A DNA stretch of 62,815 bases, counting the filler, from Choristocarpus tenellus KU-1152 (Eukaryota; Protista; Phaeophyceae): NCBI GenBank assembly GCA_964200185.2. It is 10 parts of 10 records of this genome, joined end to end, with 100 filler letters (N's around TTAATTAATTAA, not from the genome) between each part and the next. Parts side by side here need not be neighbours in the genome. Positions count along the whole stretch, not along the records: positions 23,769 to 27,492 come from CAXNAD020018285.1; positions 27,593 to 35,522 come from CAXNAD020005377.1; positions 35,623 to 40,066 come from CAXNAD020014530.1; 7 more parts are not named here. One strand, 5' to 3'. Below the pieces are notes generated by a model that did no database searches, was not told the origin of the DNA, and saw only the letters and a list, made by a program, of their open reading frames with translations. Every line of letters starts with the position of its first letter. Positions within the stretch are counted from its first letter, which is position 1. The position numbers were made by a program, and so were the translations under genes. Shown piece after piece: positions 23,669 to 36,300 of this stretch.

Positions 23669-26159
23669 NNNNNNNNNNNNNNNNNNNNNNNNNNNNNNNN
23701 NNNNNNNNNNNNTTAATTAATTAANNNNNNNNNNNNNNNNNNNNNNNNNNNNNNNNNNNNNNNNNNNNACAAGGAATGAAATGGAATTGTTGTGGGTGGG
23801 TTGGTGGGGGGGGGGGGGGGGGGGGGGACGCTACTTGATAACTGTGGCTCCCGAAGTCCCCACATATGACTAAAAATATCCAAGCAATAAGAGCAGCCGA
23901 CCAAAAATTATATGGTCAGGTGAGTAAGTATACTGTTGGAATAGTGTCCCTGCACATGCTTCCATGATACTCAGACACAATTGATAGCTGCAACTGCTCC
24001 CGCCTTCTCATACTTGTAGTACAACAATTACAAACACATTTTTGAGTGACTCGGGTAGGATCTGACTTGTGCAAGAGTCTGTGTGACGAAAACAAGGGGG
24101 TGCTCCTCACTTGATTGACTGTTTTTCTTTGCACTAGCTCTCAAGTACATACGCACCCACCAACACAAAGTGCCTTTCGTGGGGGAGAGTATTGAAATGT
24201 CAATGGGTCTGGAATGTAGGACTGGGAAGGTGCTGCTGTAGCAGAAGTAGAATCGTAGGCTTCTACAAGGTCTCTCAGATTGTCTCATTGCTTGCTTGTT
24301 TGTTAGACCATTAGCATCGATCATGAATTAAACCCTTGGGGTGAAATTGAGGTATAGTGACCTTATATTTTAGTTGCGTATGTGCAAAGCACAAGTAATG
24401 AAACAGGGATTGCCTAATAGTACTTCCTCCATAATATGCGTCAAAATGTTGGGACTTTGGTCAGTTGTGGTAATGCTGAATGCGGTTGTTGTTGCCATCA
24501 AGATCAATTATGCCACTCCTTCTCAACCTGGTGCATTTGAGAGAGTTGGCTACAAGTGGCCACCCTCTCAGAAGAGCTACCTTCTAACCAAATCGAGCTG
24601 TAGGACCTGGTTGAAGCAATAATTTCACAGGCTTAAGGTATATCCTTCCTCCAGCTCAAGGACACATTCCAGGCAGTCTAACCCCAACCATGGTCCGGAT
24701 CAGATATATTGAATATACCTGTTCCATAACCCTAAGCAAAACCATCACCACAAACAATGCTGGGGTCGTGGTAATATTTTAAACTTTCCAAAACCAGTGC
24801 CACTTTCTCCCAATAAGTTGAACCCTTGCTCTTTCTGCCATGAACAGCATGATCCATCACTAACCTCACCCCAAATCAGTAGACATCCATGCCGGTCCTG
24901 ACCCTAGCTGAGGCCACTTGGACCTTATGTATAGTCCTATCCAAGAATGGGATCACCTTCTAGGCAGTTCTAAACCTAACCCTAACCCTAGCCCTTCTCC
25001 CAAATCAGAATATGGTAGTGTTGCTTTGACGGGGATTCCGCTCTTGGACAGGATTAGGGCTAGATAACTAGTTCAACCAGTGTAAGTTAGGGTCAGGACC
25101 GGATTGATGTGGCAATCGTTTGGTGTGGGGTTAGGGATGGGTCGTGCTGGATGTGATAGCCAGGGCTAGGACTCAGGTGATCTGTTGAAGGTGGCACGAT
25201 TTTTACATTTGTTTCATGAGCCATAAGTCTATCATAAAACCAGCACAACCCCTGCTGTTCCCCTAAAGCGTTCACCAATCCTTTCCAATAGCTGCATTAT
25301 GGTGTAGCTCTTGTCATGGATATACCTCCCTACAACTCATACTGATTCCATTCCCACCATTCCCCTCATGCCCATAGCATGAAGGAATTCGACAATAGAA
25401 ATCACCCAATGATTCAGACTGCAAACACTAAACATATTCCCACACTTAGTATGAAACCCTCTGGGCCTGCCAGATGCTCAGCCATTTCAACAGTAGCTCT
25501 TAACCTAAACCAAGGTCTAATCCTTACTGGAATTTCATATTTTTAAGATTGGTGGATACCTGGCCTACATTGGACTCTTCTGTCTGGAGGCAGGGTTAGG
25601 ACTCTGCAGTGGGAAGGACATCAGGGGGGTGTCCACTTGGGGGACATTGTTCAACTTCAGGTGCTTGAGATGGCAGTGATTAGAAGAGGGAGGGGCAGAG
25701 CATGGAGGGAGGGAGGAGGAAGGGATCTTATGGAACGACATTGAGGGTGGGGTGGAGGTGGGCGGTGGCAAGCCTTCATGTTGTGTCAGTTATATATGGG
25801 TCATGGTTTGCAAATATTATGTTACGTATGTGTGCTAGATGGCATTGTACTTCTAGTACATCTGCATGTGTGATTAGTACAAGCAAACGCCTGTGCATGT
25901 TTAGTAGTACATCTGTGTGTGCAGTATGATTACATTGTAGTGTGTAGTGTGCATATTCATTTGCCAGATGGTGATTGCAGATGCCTGCCAAGCTGGTGGT
26001 CCTTTTGTCCTGGTTGTCTTTCTGTTTCATAGTGTGCCAGAAAGCTGCTGTTCGTACGTTTCCACCACCAAGCAGTAAGACACAATTACCACGAAATAAC
26101 CTTGTTCCTGTAGGGCCAAAGCATTACCCCTTACCTTAGTATTATGCTTTCTGCTGCAG

Positions 26160-27192
26160 GGACTTACTGCTATGCACTCCTTGTGTTGTGCTGGGGTTGC
26201 TTCTCAGTTGGGTTAGCCGCCGCTTCGAGCACTATTCGGTGCTACCTATATGCATGCTGGTTGTCCCTGCTCTCTTCTACCTTGGTCTGGTAGTGTTTGG
26301 CATCAGCATGCAGGCAAGAGGCTTGTGGGAAAGGGACAGGAGGGCAGAGGGGAAGGGTCATGACTCTTTATTCCTCATGTCAATCATAATTTTAAAACAT
26401 TGTCCAAGTTTATTTCAATTCTTATTATAATAGTTGATCAAAGGCGAGAATAAGAGCAGAAGTCAGCTTCCTTTGCTCCTTGAAGCACATTGAGTGAACA
26501 CATGATATGGTACAATCGCGTATTAATTGACCAGAAGTGAGTGTTGTTGCCCCCCCCCTCTATCCATTTTACTCTAAGCGAGTTGTGCGTGTGTGTGTGC
26601 TCCACTGAATGCTCTGTGCAGGACTAAAGTCTATGAATAGAGATGTATGCTACTTTTGTCACTTTGAGAATCTGATTATGACACTTAGATGGACACATAG
26701 GCACAGCTTACCAGGCATACAGCTTAAACTATTACATTTTTTCAATTGAGTAGTATATATATATGCCATACTTCCTTGGCAGACCACGATTTTGGGAGAC
26801 AGACACACATATCTGCACTACAACTTAGACATTACCCCCCCCAACCCCCCCATTTTCTAGACAAAACGCTCGTGCACCCATGCATCCGCACATACATATC
26901 CCTACCCCCAATACTACACCCGTGTATCTCTTGACCGCTCCTCCCCACATATGTTCTGCCAAAACACCTCCATTGGCAAATTCCCATGAACGTTTTTTTC
27001 GCAAGCAGGATGCCAGAAACATTGGCCTGATGGGCCAAACAGACAATCCGGCAGAGCTATCTTGGTCCTTTGCATTGTTCCAGTGGGAGTTGGTACAGTG
27101 GTCAGTTCTCTCTTCTCAGCTGGGTGTGTGGGTGGGGATGGTGTTCGTGGTTGCATTCAGCTCCAGCCTTGATGTGGCTGCCATTGAAATAG
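26160..27192 (+). CDS. SulP/SLC26-family anion (sulfate) transporter, two internal exons
   Basis: Exon 26160-26313 (DLLLCTPCVVLGLLL...LPICMLVVPALFYLGLVVFGISMQ) and exon 27009-27192 (DARNIG...VQWSVLSSQ...FVVAFSSSLDVAAIEI). Hydrophobic helices and the SSxLDVAAIE motif. Confidence 0.8.
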
Positions 27193-27592
27193 GTGAAATG
27201 AGAATGAGGTGTGGGTTTGAACTGGCCATCCTGAGACCTGGGGTGTATGATGTATGTGAAAGAGCAACAGTTAAACCTCATGTCTGAACAAGTTGGACCA
27301 AGAGGATGAATACGCTATCCCTACATTGATATCCTCTACCTCCTCCATCCTAATTTTTTTAATAATACTTTTTTACTATTACTACTACTATTGTTGTTAG
27401 TATTATCATTATTATGATTATCATAACAATAATAATAATAATAATCATCATCACATTGGAGTACTGGCTCAAAGTATCTGGGGGGGGGGGGTNNNNNNNN
27501 NNNNNNNNNNNNNNNNNNNNNNNNNNNNNNNNNNNNTTAATTAATTAANNNNNNNNNNNNNNNNNNNNNNNNNNNNNNNNNNNNNNNNNNNN

Positions 27593-30145
27593 CAAAGGAA
27601 GTTTAAAGGGGAGGAAGAGGTATTTGGTCACAGAGCAGGTCCGGAGTCTGCCTATAACCCACCCCCTCCTCCCTCATGGATACCCCAGCCACCACCTTCA
27701 CACCCACCTTACAACCATTATGGAGTAGGACCGGGATTCCAGCCCACGTCGAATATTCCTCCCCCACCTCCCGAGGTCGGACAAGGTGCTGGGATCTACG
27801 GACAAGGAGGTGCAGGACCTGGGCCAGGGGTTGGGGTCGGAACAGGGATCGACGAAACAGACGATACAACCAGATGGACGTCAACTGCTGGACAAATAGG
27901 AGCAGTGACGCCAGAGGTGAGAGAGAGCGGAGCATGGCATTCATGACCTAAACCCTAACCTACTCGCCGGCGCATAACATGTGAACCTGATTCAGCGTGC
28001 ATGTCTGGTTTTAGGTTTATCGCAGACACCTGACTTGCTTTCCCTATTCCAATTCCCACTCTTTGCAACCACCGTCGTACATGCAGTACTTCGGAGATAT
28101 TTGTAGATCATATATGTTCATGGTTTGAGAAGAAATGTGCGTCATGACACAGCCTCCCCATCCTTGGTGCCACAGCTGGAGTCTTCCCAGGATGGTACCA
28201 CCTTTTGCGAGTGTGGTACCAATTGAAATAACCGTTTTTCTCGCAACCCGATTCTCACCTCTGAAATAACATTTTCACAGTATCAATTGTCGAGCATCAA
28301 CTTGGTCACAGCTATTCTGTCTAGGATGGAGTGAACCCCCTCAACCTACCTCGCTCCCAACCCCCTTTTGATGTCTTAGGTAAAGCTCAGCCAGTTCCGT
28401 CAAGGAACCGAGTTGGACCGCAAATTGCTAGCAAACACCGACAAAGAGATGGTTTTTGAAGGACTGAAAAAGCTCTACCGAAAAAAGGTTCATTTTTATT
28501 TGTTCTAGGGGGTGGAAACCAGTTGATAGGAGATTTGTGCAATCAAGTGATGTTGTGAAATATTGGATTTGGTGGTAAAGTCAGGTTTTTCTAAGTTTGC
28601 TGTGCACCTCCAAGATAGCCGCAATACAGACAGAAATGCAGCATGGTGTATGTGGCACATATGAAAGGACACTTGCCAATGTGGCAGATCACACCCCATC
28701 TGATAGCGGGTTTTTTTGTCTAATTGGAGAGTCAGAGGCCTATGATATGGTGCTGGCCCCTCCTTCCCTTAGTGACCAATCTCTGTGGCATAGCTGTGTG
28801 CACAATTTGGCGGAGAAAGAGACCTGCTAGGGCTCTAATATGTGGGTATGGTGTCCCGTCTTAGAGGCAGAGCCTTCCCTCATTTATTGTGATGCCATTC
28901 TAGTCCATCACAAGATACTGGAGTGTGCATGCTTGCAGATTGATGGATTTTCTGTCTGAAAGCGCCCCACCAGAATTTACATGCTGTTCCCAATCCCCTG
29001 ATCAAAGCAGTTACTTGGCGTCGATCATCCCAATGGATTTGAATGATGACTGTAATGTACTTTGAAGTACATTAAAAGGGACTCGCTGTGTGTTACATCT
29101 TAACACACACCACATTTTTTTACCCTTTCATACATACACCAAATAGTTAATTTCTGTCCTCAATTGTTTTTGGCACCTGTGTCATGAGCACAGATTCTTC
29201 CTCTGGAGGAGTCCAGCAAGTTCTCCCACTTCCACTCCCCCCCGCTGAACCCAGCGGACTTTGATGCCAAGCCCATGGTGTTGATTGTGGGGCAGTATAG
29301 TGTCGGCAAGACAAGCTTTATTCGATCCCTGCTAAAGAAGGACTTCCCGGGGCAGAGGGTGGGTCCGGAGCCCACCACAGACAGGTGCATTTAGGGGTCA
29401 GGGTTAGGGTTGGGCAGGGAGATGAGGATTGGTGGACAGGGCTTTGTATTGATTCCAAGAGTTGGTTTTCGTTGTGATGGTGGGGTGCAGGATTGGCAAT
29501 GGGGGTGGTAATGAATTCAGTTGTGATCAGAGAAAGGTTGAATGAGGTATGCCCTTGGGAGGTCAGGGGGAGATACTATCGTGCTCCTGCTCACCTCTCT
29601 TACGAGTTGTGGGTTGTTGGAGGTACCACTGCTGTGAGTTTACATCCCCAGCTCTTCATGGCAATGCTAGACTTAAGGAGGAAGTCCTATTGTTGAGACT
29701 GCTAGGGCAGGGGTTTGGGATTGTGTATGGAGGTTCAGGCGGAGTTATTTGTCCGAGGTGTAATGTAAGGCCCAGTTGATGCTGGTGGGGGTGGCCAATC
29801 ACAAGGTTGGCAGAAGGCGATGGATACTTGTGAGCTGATACCATGGCGGGTGCAGGTGATCTCTCCGTTGTTGTAGGCCTTGTGACGATGTGATATTGAA
29901 GTTTTAATTTTAATTTTGTTGATAAACATTTGTCCTGGCGCTGATACAGGTGCAGACCAGACACCAATGTTTGTATCTGACAGTGGCAACGGCTTGGTGG
30001 TGTCTGTGTTAGTGATGGTGGTATATTTTTGTAAGTTTAGGGAGGGGTGGAAGGGAAGTGTTGGTGTGGGCGTGGGGTGGCAGTGGTAAAAATCATAAAG
30101 TCAATGAAGCATTGTCAGTACTATACCTTGCTCCAACCCTACGAG

Positions 30146-30180
<35 letters not shown>

Positions 30181-30632
30181 TGCTGGCTTTCAAAGTTGCT
30201 AGGCATTTTGGAATTTTTGTAGCAGTTCTGAAAGTGCTATGTAATTGAAGAGTGTTGTAAGTCTTACTGTTTCATATTATCACACCACCTCTTTATCAGT
30301 CTTGAATGTACTATATGCATTGAGTAAACACAATGAACTGCTTTCTGTCTGCTGCCTCTGGTACACCCTGGTGGCAATGCACTCCGTGCCCTCCCTTCTG
30401 CCCCCTGCCACCCCTTTTTGGTTGCTGCTACCCCTTGGTCTTCTGTGACTGTGATACGGTGTCTGCTCCCTCATGAATGGGTGAATGGGTGAATGGGCGA
30501 ATGGGCGAATTATTGGGTTGTTGGGTGATGTGGGATAGGTTTGTTGCAATTACGCACGGAGAGGATGAGCGGGTTATGCCGGGACATGCCCTGGCCATGC
30601 AGTCCGACAAGCCGTTTCGTAGCTTGCAGCAG
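27593..30632 (+). CDS. EHD: EH-domain-containing (EHD/RME-1) dynamin-like ATPase, N-terminal exons
   Basis: Exons 27593-27916 (Pro/Gly-rich), 28380-28487 (EGLKKLYRKK), 29194-29384 (ILPLEE..DFDAKPMVLIVGQYSVGKT..GPEPTTDR) and 30539-30632 (FVAITHGEDERVMPGHALAMQSDKPFRSLQQ). All GT-AG and in phase. Later exons were not found in the contig. Confidence 0.92.
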
Positions 30633-31729
30633 GTGAGTTGAGGTTATGTATTTCTTGTTTGTACCTACAGCATCATCGCTATCGTGTACTGTGCTCTACA
30701 GGGTGGGGTTAGGGTGGGAGCAGAAATGGATGTGTTTTCCTCTGCTCTTGTGCTACTTTGATTTTTACTGTGTGGACCCAGAGAGAATGAGTAGGGTTAA
30801 AGTTAGGGTTAGGCCTTGGGGAAAATCCAAGGGAATCTGTTTGCCTTGAGTTTTGTAGCGCTGTGGGTGCCGTAGACCAAGATAGTGGCTGGGCACTGTA
30901 GGTCTTCGCTGCCATGCGGTCATTCATAATATTCTTATCCATTAGATTGGTGAAGAAGTTTATTGAAGAGTGTGGTTAAGTGTTGTAAATGAGATGCTCT
31001 AGAAGGAGGTTAATATTAAATATCTATGATGATTGACAAAGGGGATCCGTTTTGGTTATCCTGGATGAGGCCGGTCCACTACATGTGGTGACTGTGCAAT
31101 ACTGTGCGAAGCTGCTCCGACCGTGTTGTTGCTTGGAAGTTTCTCAGTGGGACGGGATGCGACAAAGCTATGGACTCTCCCATTGGGTTTCTTAGAACAC
31201 TCCTTGTTGTTCGATGTCTTTTTGTCAGTTGTGTGTTCTTAATTAACTTCAGAGATAGAGCCGGTGTGCCCAGTGGGAATGCGATCGATCTCTTGAGGAC
31301 ATTGGTGGTCCGCTGTGGCAGAGAGGTAAGTGGAAGGCAGGGAAGAGGATGCATGCCCAGAAGGAGATGAAGGTAAAGACTGAGAAGCGACCCGCAGCTG
31401 TAGTGGTCAGATCTGCTGTGATGGTGGGGTTCATGCAAAGTGACAGAGGATGGCGAGAGGGGGCTGAGGGGAGAGGAGGGAGGAGGAGAGAGGAGGGAGG
31501 AGGAGAGAACCCTATTTCCTTGGCATCTTCCAGCAGATGAATAAGGGTACAGTTTTGACCTTCTCGCAGGGCATCCTCTTCTGGACCTTGGCGCATTTGT
31601 GGGTCCAGCTGCTCCCAAGCGGTTGCTGTTGGTGACGTGGTGACGTCCAATCATCAATGGTTGAAGTCCTCTGCCAGAGGGTTGGGCAAAACAAGAAAAT
31701 GATTCGTCTTGCGGAAGGTTCCAGTGTGT

Positions 31730-31757
31730 TTAGGGTTAGGGTTAGGGTTAGGGTTAG
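31730..31757 (+). repeat. Interstitial (TTAGGG)4 telomere-type run
   Basis: Four perfect TTAGGG units. Shorter or degenerate runs at ~846, 24975, 27950, 29391, 30792, 34492, 57448 and 58506. Confidence 0.9.
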
Positions 31758-32587
31758 ACGAGGGCTTGAAGTTTTATATCTGGTGTGCAGGGTACCGATC
31801 GGATGCCTTGCGCCCACAATGCCTCCAACCTATCTGGAAAGCCTAGCAACCGCCTAGCGACTGGATATAGGTTGCTGCCAGTACACCTGCCTGGTGCGTT
31901 ACTCAAGTCTTGCGTGTGTATCTCTCTATGCTTTGCTCTACCTGTACTGACAAAAATGTGTGTGAGAGCAACCTCGCCGCTGACGTAAGATAAGGCCTTT
32001 TCCCCCCGTAATGCCCATTCGTGCATCATGGTTTTGGTTCTCACCCGTGTGAACAGCCCTTCCTTTCTTTTCTTTTTTTCAGTGCTCGAAACGATCTGGA
32101 GACAATGATCAAATGGGTTGGTTAGTAGCAGATGAGAAATGTTCAAATGAGAGTTTCGTTTTCAGGCGTGCGTAACGGAAGCATGTTGCCCCCTCCTCCC
32201 CCCTCCCCGCCTTTCATCTCATGGAGTTGTTTTTGCCAACTTTGGGAGAGAGTTGATGTAGTTACAAACTTTTTCCTAAGTGGTAGTTTGAACAGTTTGT
32301 GGGGCGGGCTATAATATGAATGAGTAAGACGATATCAGATATATGGACTGTTTTTGGTGGGGGGGGTCTTGCAAAATCCAATTTTGAGGTTACCCCAAAA
32401 TCTCGGTGAAATCTGATGTGGTCTACCTATTCTGCTATTCCCGTTGCGAAGTCACAAGAAACGCCTTTCCAACACTATATAAAAACCTGCCCTGCAAACT
32501 GTTTGAGCTGATGCTGAACAGAGGAAGTGATATGTTTGTTCATGTGTGTGGAGAGGGGACACCATCTATTTTATTTTTAACATGAAT

Positions 32588-32592
<5 letters not shown>

Positions 32593-32624
<32 letters not shown>
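32593..32624. repeat. (TA)n microsatellite
   Basis: About 15 consecutive TA units. Confidence 0.95.
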
Positions 32625-32628
<4 letters not shown>

Positions 32629-33360
32629 TGTTTAAATCTTACTTCTGGAAGGACCATCTTTGACAGCCTCGATGAGAGGATTCAAAATCCCTCCTTAAAC
32701 GTTGTATTTTTGAGAAAGCAAGAGAGTATTGGTTGTAATTGCCCAGAGTCTCTACCGGAATCGTCCCGGGGAGGGCCGTTCTGTTGATCCAGAGTGATAT
32801 CACACTGATGGACATAACCTGAACCTCACAGTTTCTACCTTGGTACAAGGGTGTCCCCGTCACCAATCCCCAGGCATATAACAGTATGTGGAGGACTGTT
32901 TATTGACAATATTGCCGGCCTTGGAAAACGCCTTTGTTCAATGCTAGTGTTGCTCTAGCTCGCCGTTTGATTCGCGACGTCCGTCGCCAGGGCAGTGCTC
33001 TGAGTCAAAGGACAACTCTGGAGCTTTTCTTCTGTCCATGTACATCCTCTTGTCCAGGACAGTTCTCATAGGACAGTTGTCACAGGGAGATTTTTTGCCT
33101 TACCTCGCATCATCTTCGTCAATTGTATCGGGAGAACCTTTGTGGGTCCATGCTTCAACCGTGATACACAGTGCGCACCGGACTGTCTAGAAGGCGTTTT
33201 CCACGAGCCGCTACCGTGATGGTAAGAACAGTAATAATAATTATTATTGTTTTTCTTGGATTTTTTTTTTGTTTAGGACCTAATGGTCGAGAGGGTATGG
33301 GCGTGGTGGAGGGGAAAAGGGNNNNNNNNNNTTGGGTTTTTTTTTTTGGTTGAGGCCGTA

Positions 33361-33393
<33 letters not shown>

Positions 33394-36300
33394 AGGGGGG
33401 GGGGGGGGGGAGTGCAGTGCTCTGAAAGTTGAACGTGGAAATAGTATAAAGGTCGCATTGTGGACACGAGTTCGGTGTAGTGGCAGTGTAGAGAAGTATC
33501 TTCTTTGAAGCATGGAGAGTTATCAAGAAAGATGGGTCCGGTCTTTGACTGTGATAACACTCAGGGAATGTGTACTACTATTGTGAATACTGCACAGCAC
33601 ACAAAAAGGGGAGTTCAGACTGTCAAGATTTTGAAGGACCACTCAAGTGTTTTTAGTTTTGAATGGCGCTGCTTTTCATGTAGGCCATTATGACAAAATC
33701 GGAAAGGAACCCTGATTTGTGCCTGTCTCAGAGACTGAAGGGAAGGTGGTATGGCATTACAATATGGACTTGTAATGTTGTAAGTAGTTTTGACATATAC
33801 CATCAATGGTTTCTTGCATAGTCATACCTTGCCGTGCACCAAACCCTGTCCCTATCCCTAGTACATGCAGATTTATAGTATTTTGATGTTCCAATATTGC
33901 TACTGTAGTGTTCATTCTGAGGTACTGACCATACACGAGATTTGATTGGCTCTCTCCTGCATGGGTCTAGTGTTGGTTTGCTCTGGTGCTAGAGCTGTGG
34001 TATATCAACGTATTGACATGGCATGGCATAGGCTATGGTTTTGAACCTTGATTGGGCTCCGTTCCTCACTCCCCGTGTGGGGAGGATGAAGGTTGAGTGA
34101 GAGAAAGGGTCCTGGGTGGGCATAGAGTGAGAGAATGGAGAAGCGAAAGAGTGAGATATTCGTCTGCTTGGGGAATAGGCAGAGGCTAAGAAGAGTGATT
34201 TCTCACGCCTTCCGAGTTTGGGCAGTGTGCCAGCGGCTTTTTTTGTTCATTGAGATACTGAGAGACACGCTACAATTATACTACCAAAACACTCCTATTA
34301 GTCCCGTGTGAGATGCCTCGAGGGCCAGCTGATTGAGTTTGCTCAGTTGAGTGAGGACTTTCGGGATTCCCTCTGACAGTGAGGGTCAGAGGTAGTGGAA
34401 GCAGTGGTGTGAGCTTTGGGTAACAGGTTCATGGGAATATATGTGTGTATGCGGGGAACTTTTTTTTTTTGTATGTTGTTGTGCAGACATGTTAGGGTTA
34501 GGGTTAGGGTGTCTCTTGCACTTAATTCCTAACGCACCTGCCAGATGTGTCCACTGCTGACTCTGGACTTGAGGCTGCCTGTGGTCTTGACCTTTCCCAC
34601 TTGCCTTAATCAAGGGGTTTTCCAGAAGCTTGGTGCGAGCCCTGGGCAAGGGCCTTTGTGATACATATTTGTTCCTGTGTTGCAAATGTTATCCTATAGT
34701 TTGCAGCGTGTCAGGTGATCTTGATATGATGGAAGCTCTTGGTTCAAACCTGTTGCAGGGCTGCTTTCCTGACTCAATTCAGGGTTTGGGGTGGAGGATA
34801 AGGATGGGCGAAGGGGTCCATCCAGGGTGGTCACCATGAGTGATCTCCATGGGAAACACTAAGGTCGTTTCATTTATCGGATAAGAACCTTTTCAACTGT
34901 CTGGTGTTCATTGGAACAGAAGATATCAGTGTTTTTGGAGGGGGGATGTGTTGTGTTACATGATGTGGGTTTGATATTTACGATCTGATTGGTGTCTATT
35001 ATGCAGATTCACCAATTAGCCATCTTGAGGAACAACTCGATGTGCATATAATACAATATTCAAATGAAATAATGTATTAGGGGGACTGATTTTGGTCATT
35101 TTGAGTTTGTTGTACAACATACACCATACTAATGCTTGAAATGTGAATGACCCCTCTTGGGAGGGTGTTGCTGCTTGGCTGTACAAGAGCATATTGGTGG
35201 TGAAACATCCTTGTCAGTCGTAATCGCCCTCCCCAGTACTCAGTACACGAGGGAGGTGTTGGGGCCTTTCAACCTCGATGGCACCCCTAGCCTTAGATGC
35301 TACCGCTCCATATTTGTGTATGGGGGGTGGGGGATGGGTGGTTTACTGACATCATTGTGGTACATACACCCCTTTTTTTTTGTTTTGTCTAACATCAGAA
35401 GTTGTGGGGAACAGTTCAAGGGGTTTTGAGTGATTGAGATTTTTTTTTTTCGGTTGATGTAAATGGACACGATTGCCACGGTGGAGGGGGAGGGAGGGCG
35501 ATGTATATACACTTATAGAGTGNNNNNNNNNNNNNNNNNNNNNNNNNNNNNNNNNNNNNNNNNNNNTTAATTAATTAANNNNNNNNNNNNNNNNNNNNNN
35601 NNNNNNNNNNNNNNNNNNNNNNGTCCCGCTCCATCCTCAATTTTGCGAATCCACTGTTTATGCCTGAACGGCTTTTGTTTTAGTGTTTAAATATCATCAA
35701 ACCGTGGACATAGGTTCACCAACTACAAGCGTCCATTTCAATGAAAACGTTAATGATGCTTAATATTTATGTTGTTACGCACTCTGACATTGTACAGATG
35801 CTTCAGGGGAAAGGTCAAACCAACATCAGAAAAATCCTAAAAAAATTAACGGTTGTGTTAATCGATTTGACTTTTCCTTCCAGTTATCAGAATTCCCTTT
35901 TCACAGCTACAACCCATAACCCACAAATTCCAAACCTCGTCCTAGATATATACAAAATATAGTTCGAGTATAATACATACACAGCAAACTCATTTTGCTG
36001 TGTTTCCCAAATTCACTGAGTAAAAATGTTCGCTAATGATAAAAAATTGAAGTATATATTTGAAAAACCTTGAATGAAGATCAGCTTTTTCTTTCATGTT
36101 CAAAGTTGAAAATATAGGTAAAAAAATTGTTTGATGGGTGTATCTAATATGTTCTGATACAAGTGATACACATCACATAGTACTGTGTATTAATTCACTA
36201 GTATCATACTTCAAAGTACAAATTTTATCTATTTAATAGTATAGTTATTCTTAAGTTTCATTTTTTCGAATGGTATTGTCAACCGACTGTGTGTATACAC

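Noticed and set aside
24630-25700. Possible DIRS/Ngaro RT-RNase H relic
   Set aside because: Only vague peptide resemblance; no diagnostic motif could be recovered by eye.
31080-31690. Overlapping 130-190 aa ORFs, possibly a LINE endonuclease relic
   Set aside because: Low-complexity purine/pyrimidine bias explains the open frames. A single DFN-like motif is insufficient.
33322-33410. Long G runs and poly-Pro ORFs
   Set aside because: Adjacent to an N gap; homopolymer lengths are unreliable and the ORFs are artefactual.
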